DNA from: a bacterium
GTDB lineage: Bacteria > RBG-13-61-14 > DATKZS01
DNA: 64,000 bases
Direction of reading: 5' to 3'
Assembly (NCBI GenBank): GCA_963674965.2
Contig: CAXXFL010000003.1
Span: 64,001-128,000, forward strand
The notes beneath the pieces were generated by a model. The model saw only the letters and a program-made list of their open reading frames with translations. It was not told where the DNA came from and did no database searches. Shown in pieces: positions 9,455 to 16,572 of this stretch. Both the position numbers and the translations under genes were made by a program. Positions within the stretch are counted from its first letter, which is position 1. Every line of letters begins with the position of its first letter.

Positions 9455-10630
9455 ATGTACGCCGTCCTGAGGGTCCTGAAAAAGGAGTTCATCCAACTCC
9501 GGCGGGACCCTAAAATTTTTCCCATCTTGTTCGTTGCCCCCATTATCCAGATGATCTTCATGGGTTACGCCGCCACCCTCGATATAAAACATATCCCCAT
9601 CGTCATATGGGACCAGGACAATACGCCGGCCTCGCGGGAATTCGTCCGCCACGTGACCTCGTCCCTTTACTTCGACGACGCGGGAAGGATCGGAGGCTAC
9701 GACGACGCGCAAAGGATGATGAGAAGGGGAAAGGCCGCCGCCGCCCTCGTCGTTCCCGCGGGTTTCCAGCGCGACCTCAAGGGGGGAAGGACAGCGACGG
9801 TCCAGGCGGTCGTGGACGGGGCCGACTCGAACCAGGCGCTGATAGCCCAGAATTACCTCGCCGTTATCGCCCAGACCAGGAGCGCCGCCCTTATGGTCGA
9901 GGGCCTGTCCGTGAACCGGGCCGGGCTTTTCGAGGCCGGGACCCTGGCCTCCATAGCCTCGTCATCGTCCATCATGAGGGGAGAGTTGGCCGTAAGTCCC
10001 GAGCCCAGGGTCTGGTATAACCCCGAGCTGCGCTCGGCCAACTTCATGATACCGGGAGTGGTGGTCATGATACTCATGGTCATGACCATGATGCTCACCT
10101 CCCTGGCCGTGGTCCGGGAGAAGGAAGTGGGGACCATGGAGCAGGTTATCGTTACCCCCATCCGGCCATGGCAGTTTATCGTCGGCAAGATAACTCCCTT
10201 CGTGATCATCGGGTTCCTCGAGGTTTCCCTTGTGGTCCTGGTCGCCGTGGTCTGGTTTAAAATCCCCTTCCGGGGCGCCGTTACCTCATTGTACGGTTAT
10301 TCCGCTCTCTTCCTGCTGACCACTCTCGGCCTGGGTCTGTTCGTTTCCACCATCAGCCATACCCAGCAGCAGGCCATGATGACGGCCTTTTTTATTATCT
10401 TTATCATGATCAACCTCTCGGGCTTTATCTTTCCCATCGAGAACATGCCAAGGCCGGTCCAGCTTCTGACCTATCTGATTCCCATGCGCTACTTTCTGGT
10501 GATCGTAAGAGGGGTATTTTTAAAGGGGTCCGAGGTTAACGTGTTATGGGACCAGGCCCTTCCCCTTTTCGTGCTGGGCATAGCGATCATTGGATGGAGC
10601 GTGCAGAAGTTCGGCAAGACCCTGGATTGA
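9455..10630 (+). CDS. ABC-2 type transporter permease (YbhR/YbhS-like)
   Basis: KEFIQLRRDP, WYNPEL.SANFMIPG, VREKEVGTMEQ..VTP, LSGFIFPIENMP; multiple TM helices. Confidence 0.92.
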   Translation: MYAVLRVLKKEFIQLRRDPKIFPILFVAPIIQMIFMGYAATLDIKHIPIVIWDQDNTPASREFVRHVTSSLYFDDAGRIGGYDDAQRMMRRGKAAAALVVPAGFQRDLKGGRTATVQAVVDGADSNQALIAQNYLAVIAQTRSAALMVEGLSVNRAGLFEAGTLASIASSSSIMRGELAVSPEPRVWYNPELRSANFMIPGVVVMILMVMTMMLTSLAVVREKEVGTMEQVIVTPIRPWQFIVGKITPFVIIGFLEVSLVVLVAVVWFKIPFRGAVTSLYGYSALFLLTTLGLGLFVSTISHTQQQAMMTAFFIIFIMINLSGFIFPIENMPRPVQLLTYLIPMRYFLVIVRGVFLKGSEVNVLWDQALPLFVLGIAIIGWSVQKFGKTLD

Positions 10631-10725
10631 TGATAGTCGTTTTTGAGCCGGGTTCCATTAAAATATGTCTAAGTATCCGATATTGAGGAGATAATTAGTA
10701 GAATTAAAATAGCGGGTATTTGACG

Positions 10726-10745
10726 CTCGCCTTTTTTTTGGCGAG
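10726..10745. terminator. Hairpin between convergent genes, possible terminator
   Basis: ctcgcc-T8-ggcgag inverted repeat; no clear U-tract after it. Confidence 0.3.
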
Positions 10746-10787
10746 GCGGTTATTGCCGGAAGGGTACGCGGACGGACGACGTCCTCC

Positions 10788-11141
10788 TCAAGCGCTTTTC
10801 TGGGGCGGCACAAGATAGCCCGAGCGCCTGCTCTCCCGTACGGTCAGCGGGAAAAGCCCCTTGGCCAGCTTGTCTCCCAGGCACCTTTCCAGCCGGATCA
10901 GTTTGAGGATACTGCGCACGATCTTTTCCTTTTCCGTTTTGGGCAGTCCACTGACGCTGACGCTTAGAATGTCAAGGTCGAACGGATTGAGTTCGTGTTC
11001 CCGGCATAAAGCCACGTAGAGTTTCTTGCAGCGGTTATATTCTTCCATAACCTTGTCGTCGGCTTTACCACCGGGGTCCGTTTCCGTCGAGGCCATGAGT
11101 TTCATAATCAGCCTCCTTTTATGTTTGAATCCCCGATTCAT
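10788..11141 (-). CDS. Small hypothetical protein (117 aa; alternative start at 11105 gives 105 aa)
   Basis: Two in-frame ATGs, each preceded by AGGAGGCT; sigma-54 promoter immediately upstream. Confidence 0.7.
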   Translation of the reverse strand: MNRGFKHKRRLIMKLMASTETDPGGKADDKVMEEYNRCKKLYVALCREHELNPFDLDILSVSVSGLPKTEKEKIVRSILKLIRLERCLGDKLAKGLFPLTVRESRRSGYLVPPQKSA

Positions 11142-11173
11142 GGTCTTCTTAGCCTCCTTACGACAATTAATAT

Positions 11174-11190
11174 AGCAATAATGTTGCCAA
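11174..11190 (-). promoter_or_regulatory. Sigma-54 (RpoN) -24/-12 promoter
   Basis: Minus strand TTGGCAACATTATTGCT = GG-N10-GC, close to TGGCAC-N5-TTGC, followed by SD and ATG. AT-rich upstream region with palindrome gtaaa-t-tttac (11280-11290). Confidence 0.75.
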
Positions 11191-11529
11191 ATGATAATAA
11201 AAGAATGTTATATCTTATAAATACAATTACTTAACATATATTGCTGTATTTGAATTCATCTTCAGAAGCCGATTTTGCAGTAAATTTTACACGAATTTGG
11301 AAAAATTGCGCCAATGACAGCCAATATTATGACTGGCAAATCATTCATATAAGATAAATAAGAGATTTTTAATGTATTATTTATGTTTAGAAAAAGAACG
11401 AAAGATCATTACTTTATGTAAAGCCATGATCCATCGGAAAGGGCGTCAGGTTATATCAACAAAATAATTGTTTATTATCAATGAATTATTTCAACCAGCT
11501 CGACCTGATACCCAATGAGCATTTTGCAA

Positions 11530-13164
11530 TCAGTGCTTGTATCTTGCCTGATTGCGGCCAAGGGTCATCTCGACTCCCGCCCGGCCCGAATCATTGTAGC
11601 CGTCCCAAAAGGAGCACTTTTCCTCCATGCCCGCCGGTTCCGCGGCGATAGTCGTATCCAACGTGATCCTTTGCGGATTGTCCCGGTCGAACTTGGGCCA
11701 CTCGGGCAGTCCCTCACCGTTGGGGTCATGGCTTTTCGCGAAGTTGGTCCAGTAAGCCTGTATCACGCGGCTTAACTCTCGGGCGCCCTCAATATTGGAC
11801 TCGTCGTAAAGCCGCATTTTGCCCTCGGTGGGAAGATTGCCGAACACGAGCGGCACTTCAAACCCATGGAAGGCCCCGATACGCCTTCCGAACCTGTAGT
11901 CGTCATAGTCGAATCGATAGAGGAAAACCTTGTCCTGGTACCGCGCCGCGGCCTCGAGGCCGAGGTAAGTGGGACAGGCCAGGCTCGAGTCGGTCACCAT
12001 TTTGCCATAGGCGTATCGGGGTTTGCCATCATAGTCCTCGAGAGGGTAGAGCGCGGCCAATTCCTCTTTCTCCGCCTCGGTGAGTCCCAGGTTGATCCCC
12101 GCCCGTCTTGCATAGTCCCATGGCGGCGTATACCAGAGTTTCTTTCTGAAATACAAAGCCTTGTCGAACTCGTCCCGGTTATAGCCGGCGATAAAGGGCA
12201 CTTTATTGTGCTTTCCATCCCTGATGGCCTGGAGGGGCGCGTCATCCAGGAGGTACCCGTCGTGGTGGGGAGCGTAGAGCATGCCTTCATTGTAAAACGT
12301 AATCAGGCCGCCCTTCATGAACTTCGAGGCCGGCGCCGCCCGCAGGCACTCGAGGTCTCCCTCCTTGCATCCTATCCTTTTATAAATGGCCCTGGCCCGC
12401 TCGTAGCCCTTCTCCAGGCTCTCGCTTTTCCCGCATCCGCCCGACTCGAGGATGGCCCCGTGAATCCTGCCCCGGTTAAGGGGCGTGGCCAGCATGGTGC
12501 AGACCGACCAGCCGCCCGCGCTCTCGCCGAATATGGTTACGTTGTCCGGGTCTCCGCCGAATGACCGGATATTGTCGTGCACCCACTCGATGGCGCGGAC
12601 CTGATCGAGGGAGCCGTAGTTACCCGCGCTCGAGTTCTCATCCTCCTCCCTGAGGCCGGGGTCGGCCAGGAACCCGAAGGGACCCAGCCGGTAGTTGAAG
12701 CTCACCACCACCACGTCGCCCGCCGCGGCCAGGTTCGAGCCGTCATAGCCCAGCCCCACGTTGCCCGATCCGCCCGAGCCCATCACGTACCCGCCCCCGT
12801 GTATCCAGACCATGACCGGAAAAACTCCCGACTTGGCCGGCTTGAAAACGTTAAGATAAAGGCAGTCCTCGCTCATCCCATTCTTGGCCGGGACCTGCAT
12901 GCAGACGCTGCCGTACTCCAGCGCGTCGAGGACGCCACCCCACTCGGGAGCGGGAACGGGCGCCCGGAACCGAAGGTCGCCCACCGGCGGCGCCGCGAAA
13001 GGGATGCCCTTCCAGACCATGGTCAGGCCGTCGTCGCTCATATATCCTCTGGCCTTGCCGCTCTCGGTTTGGGCGGTAAGGTCGGCCTCATCCGCCCGGA
13101 CCGGTTCAAGGCAAATCCCGATAAATAAAAAGATGAAAACAAAAAGGATGAACGCGCGTTTCAT
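11530..13164 (-). CDS. Exported type-B carboxylesterase/lipase
   Basis: Signal peptide MKRAFILF.. (ATG 13164, AAGGAG SD); KGIPFAAPPVGDLRF, SEDCLYLNV, WIHGGG, NYRLG, FGGDPDNVTIFGESAGG (nucleophile Ser), GAFHGFE. Confidence 0.95.
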   Translation of the reverse strand: MKRAFILFVFIFLFIGICLEPVRADEADLTAQTESGKARGYMSDDGLTMVWKGIPFAAPPVGDLRFRAPVPAPEWGGVLDALEYGSVCMQVPAKNGMSEDCLYLNVFKPAKSGVFPVMVWIHGGGYVMGSGGSGNVGLGYDGSNLAAAGDVVVVSFNYRLGPFGFLADPGLREEDENSSAGNYGSLDQVRAIEWVHDNIRSFGGDPDNVTIFGESAGGWSVCTMLATPLNRGRIHGAILESGGCGKSESLEKGYERARAIYKRIGCKEGDLECLRAAPASKFMKGGLITFYNEGMLYAPHHDGYLLDDAPLQAIRDGKHNKVPFIAGYNRDEFDKALYFRKKLWYTPPWDYARRAGINLGLTEAEKEELAALYPLEDYDGKPRYAYGKMVTDSSLACPTYLGLEAAARYQDKVFLYRFDYDDYRFGRRIGAFHGFEVPLVFGNLPTEGKMRLYDESNIEGARELSRVIQAYWTNFAKSHDPNGEGLPEWPKFDRDNPQRITLDTTIAAEPAGMEEKCSFWDGYNDSGRAGVEMTLGRNQARYKH

Positions 13165-13355
13165 TGTGACTCTCCTTGCTGGACCTTTGTTACATGTTTG
13201 TATCACTCTTGCCGGTGAAGGGCAAGAGGTTCGAACGGATCGGTAGGGAGAATCGAACGCCCCTGACCGCCGCCGGTCTTGAATTCCCACCCGTTTCGCC
13301 AGAATGATCTCATTGATATAGAATGAACTGAAAACCGGCGGGAGAAATATTGTCC

Positions 13356-14681
13356 ATGCACAAATCCATTTGGGTCATAATCGTCACCGCGTCCTTTTTG
13401 CTCGCGGCGAGTGCTCCGGCGACGAGGACCGGCGGGCCTCGCGTGATCAACGACGACGCGGGGTGGTGCTGGTTCCAGGACGAGCGGGCGGTCTTTCAGG
13501 GGAACACCCTCCTGGCGGGAAGCGTGGCCTCGGGCCGATATGACTGGAAGCGGCGCGGGAACGTCGAGGTGACCGCCATGGACCTCGAGACCGGAAGGAC
13601 CGAACTGTTCGTGCTTCACAAGAGGCTCGAGGCCGACGACCACGACGCGCCCGCCCTCCTGGTCCTTCCCGACGGCCGAGTGATGGCCGCGTACTCGAGG
13701 CACAACGCGGACCGCAAGATCAGGTATCGCGTCACCCTCCGTCCAGGGGACGTGGGCGCGTGGACGACCGAGCGCTTCTTCAAGATAAAAGCGAGCGGTT
13801 ACGGGGCGACCTATTCCAACCTGTACCGGCTCGAGGCGGAGGGCGGCAGGATTTACGACTTCTACAGGGGTGAGCATTTCGATCCCAACGTCATCGCGTC
13901 CGAGGACGGCGGCGAGACCTGGCAAGGAGCGGGGCGGCTTTTGGGCGGGCCCGGCCGTCCCTACCTCCGGTACGCCTCGAACGGGATCGATGAAATACAT
14001 TTCGTCTGCACCGAAGGGCACCCGCGCGACTGCGACAATAGCCTGTATCACGGGTACGTAAAGGGCGGCATGGTCCACGACTCGGCGGGGACCGTTATCG
14101 GGCGCTTGGGTGAGGGCGCCAGGCCCGAGAGTATGACTCGAGTGTTCGCGGGCGACGCGGACAACGTGGCCTGGCCCGCGGACCTCGAGCTTTTCGAGGG
14201 TCGGCCCTACTCGGTCTACTCGGTGCAAAAGGACGGGGCCGGACTTCCCAGGCGGCGCGGCGGGCTCGACCACCGTTATCGTTACGCCTGGTTCGACGGC
14301 TCGAGGTGGCGAGACCACGAGGTGGCCCGGGCGGGCTCGAGGCTCTACGCCGGGGAGGACGACTACACGGGCCTCATTTGCCTTCACCCGGCGGACCCGA
14401 GAGTGGTTTACTTTTCAACCGACGTGGACCCCGAGACGGGCGAGCCGCTGATAAGCAAGGCCGACGGGCAAAGGCATTACGAGATATTCAAGGGCGTCAC
14501 CCCCGACGGGGGCAGGACCTGGACCATCACTCCCGTGACCTCGAACTCGGACCAGGACCAGATACGGCCCAACGTGCCCCGACCCGGCCCCCCCGGCTCC
14601 GCCCTCATCTGGCTCCGAGGCCGCATGACCACCTTCCGCCGCTACGATCTGGAGATGGTCGTCATGGCCCCGGCGCCGTGA
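13356..14681 (+). CDS. Exported BNR/Asp-box repeat protein (BNR_4-like beta-propeller, putative carbohydrate-active)
   Basis: Signal peptide; GWCWFQDERA, DDHDAP, Asp-boxes SEDGGETW and TPDGGRTW, RPYLRY, TEGHPR. Confidence 0.8.
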   Translation: MHKSIWVIIVTASFLLAASAPATRTGGPRVINDDAGWCWFQDERAVFQGNTLLAGSVASGRYDWKRRGNVEVTAMDLETGRTELFVLHKRLEADDHDAPALLVLPDGRVMAAYSRHNADRKIRYRVTLRPGDVGAWTTERFFKIKASGYGATYSNLYRLEAEGGRIYDFYRGEHFDPNVIASEDGGETWQGAGRLLGGPGRPYLRYASNGIDEIHFVCTEGHPRDCDNSLYHGYVKGGMVHDSAGTVIGRLGEGARPESMTRVFAGDADNVAWPADLELFEGRPYSVYSVQKDGAGLPRRRGGLDHRYRYAWFDGSRWRDHEVARAGSRLYAGEDDYTGLICLHPADPRVVYFSTDVDPETGEPLISKADGQRHYEIFKGVTPDGGRTWTITPVTSNSDQDQIRPNVPRPGPPGSALIWLRGRMTTFRRYDLEMVVMAPAP

Positions 14682-14706
14682 CTACCATGATTTGTTTACA
14701 TCTATT

Positions 14707-15309
14707 TTATAACAATACCTTTAATTGAATATATATTCCATTCGTCGCATGACCTCCAATTCCACCATTCATAGCCCAGATTTTGACTAGTTCTACATAA
14801 TTAATATTTGAAGCCGGTGGAATATTTTTAAGCGCATCAAGAAAAGCGTCTTGAAGAATGTAATTTTTGGAATGTCCTACGACTTCGCGTGACACATCTT
14901 CAGATATTGCCCAAAATGAGTCGGCTAAAGGATGGTCAACGGCGCCATCCGAAAATTCTATTAATTTAACCTCAACCTTCTTTTCTCCATCCTTTTGAGA
15001 CACAAATACAAATTCAGGTTTTTCCTGCAGAATCACAACCGTGGCACATTCATATTTATCAATTGGCTGTGTCGATATTCCTGGGGGCTTTAGCCACTGG
15101 ACCTCAAATTTTAATGGAGATTCCGCATCTGTGAAGACCTGGCTGATCCTTACTGTATAATTAGGATTAGGCTTTTCTCCCTTTGCAATTATTATCAAAT
15201 ATTTCTCATCGGAAGGGGGTGGGGGGGTATCGGGGCCATGAGAGAAATGCGTTGTGAAATAATACGCGCTGATTTCATTAAAGGTTGCAAGTTCCCAAGC
15301 AGTAGTCAT
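14707..15309 (-). CDS. Hypothetical protein in AT-rich cassette; PrcB_C-like middle segment and dodecin-like C-terminal segment
   Basis: GAGG SD; AT-rich codons; GEKPNPNYTVRI..PPGISTQ resembles PrcB_C (GE.P..GY.V.I..P..TQ); EVVGHS..LQDAFLDAL..GGIGG resembles the dodecin N-terminal pattern. Domain calls are tentative. Confidence 0.6.
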   Translation of the reverse strand: MTTAWELATFNEISAYYFTTHFSHGPDTPPPPSDEKYLIIIAKGEKPNPNYTVRISQVFTDAESPLKFEVQWLKPPGISTQPIDKYECATVVILQEKPEFVFVSQKDGEKKVEVKLIEFSDGAVDHPLADSFWAISEDVSREVVGHSKNYILQDAFLDALKNIPPASNINYVELVKIWAMNGGIGGHATNGIYIQLKVLL

Positions 15310-15392
15310 AATTATTGCCTCCTATAGATAGCGTTATGAATTGCAAATGCGAAATTGAAAATATAAATCACGCTCAAAAATGAAGTTGAGAT

Positions 15393-15710
15393 TCACTCGC
15401 AATTTTTAGATATTGCGATTGGTGGTTCATTTAATGGAAGAATCATTTTACCGTTTAGGTATGGTCGCTCATTCCCGGGCATTATTTTTACTGATTCATC
15501 AATCCCGGTCTCGGGATCAATAGTTTTCGCCTCTGCGACAAAAATATATATAGTCGGATGTGTAAATTTAGCTTCTTTATCAAGATCAATCCAGACTAAT
15601 CTGCTCTTTTGGATTATTTCAATTTTACCTCCATTTTCCCCGTCCTGAACAATGTCTCCTGGAGATAAATTGTCATTAAAAACATACAAATATAAATTAT
15701 CATCCATCAC
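15393..15710 (-). CDS. Hypothetical protein in AT-rich cassette (about 105 aa)
   Basis: GGAGGAGG SD before GTG-ATG; motif VWIDLDKEAKFTHPTIYIFV. Confidence 0.65.
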   Translation of the reverse strand: MMDDNLYLYVFNDNLSPGDIVQDGENGGKIEIIQKSRLVWIDLDKEAKFTHPTIYIFVAEAKTIDPETGIDESVKIMPGNERPYLNGKMILPLNEPPIAISKNCE

Positions 15711-15737
15711 GCCTCCTCCATTGAAAGATTTTCTGAG

Positions 15738-15772
15738 AAAGAAAAACCCGAGATAAAGAGTATCTTTATCTC
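15738..15772 (-). terminator. Terminator-like hairpin in the 5' leader of the cassette
   Basis: Perfect 10-bp stem gagataaaga-gta-tctttatctc (15750-15772), followed on the minus strand by GGGTTTTTCTTT. Confidence 0.5.
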
Positions 15773-15895
15773 CTTTTCATCCACAAGCTTCGATAAAAAC
15801 GTCATGATAGCCAGCATCCGGCTCGCGCCGGACGGCCTATACCCCAAGCGATTGGATTGTTATAAGGCTTTAGCGTAATTTTATTAGGATGAATT

Positions 15896-15924
15896 ACCCT
15901 AATATATTATCATTGGAATGTCAA
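15896..15924 (-). promoter_or_regulatory. Sigma-70 promoter for the AT-rich cassette
   Basis: Minus strand TTGACA-N17-TAGGGT, with an A/T tract upstream of the -35. Confidence 0.55.
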
Positions 15925-16089
15925 TAAAAAAAATCAATCCGAGACGAATAAATCCGCGGAGGGATACTCCGGGCTATGCGGCATAGGAGGGCGTTTTAAG
16001 TCCATATGGATACGAAAAGACAATCGGCCGGGCGATCAATATGCGTAATTCAACTTAATTGCCGGCCAATTCAGCCCAAGGCGTCATCT

Positions 16090-16407
16090 TCATCCCCCTA
16101 TTTCAGCACGCTCCTCGCCGCTCCTCGCTGGGCCCTTCTTGGCCTGTTTGTTTTTCCTCTGGATGGTTTTGTCTTTAATCTTGAGGTTGCGGGCCGCGTC
16201 AGCCGCGTAGAGGGCGGCCCAGAGGTTGTCGCTCGTGAGTTGCCGCCCGAGGATTTCCCGGGCCTCGGACTCAAAGCCCAAAGGATAAAGGGCCTGGGCG
16301 GCCTCGACGCTCACCGCCGGGGAGGGGTCCTCTTTCGCCTCCAGCAAATCCGCAGCGGCCTCCATGGCGCCCCGTTGCGGGAAATTCCTTCGGTTTACTT
16401 TCGCCAT
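16090..16407 (-). pseudogene. HEAT-repeat fragment, probable gene remnant
   Basis: LLEAKEDPSPAVSVEAAQALY..LTSDNLWAALYAADA (two HEAT-like units); 10-bp tandem duplication cgctcctcgc x2 (16109-16128) near the 3' end. Confidence 0.45.
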
Positions 16408-16572
16408 GATACCTCTTCCTTTCTTCCCAAGGGAGCATTGTTTCGCGCCAATGACGGCGGAGTGAATACAGCCGGCTTGCCGGGCCGAGACGGCCGCTCC
16501 GCTCGCGCTTAGTTGACAACATTAAATAATGATACGATGCTTGATTGCAAAAGAAGACGGGAGACGCCGCAT

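Noticed and set aside
16513..16540. TTGACA as the -35 of the GH94-like gene promoter, and the track's TTG start at 16513
   Set aside because: The best -10 (TACGAT) is only 14 nt away, so the pairing is unconvincing; ATG 16573 directly precedes the signal peptide and is the better start
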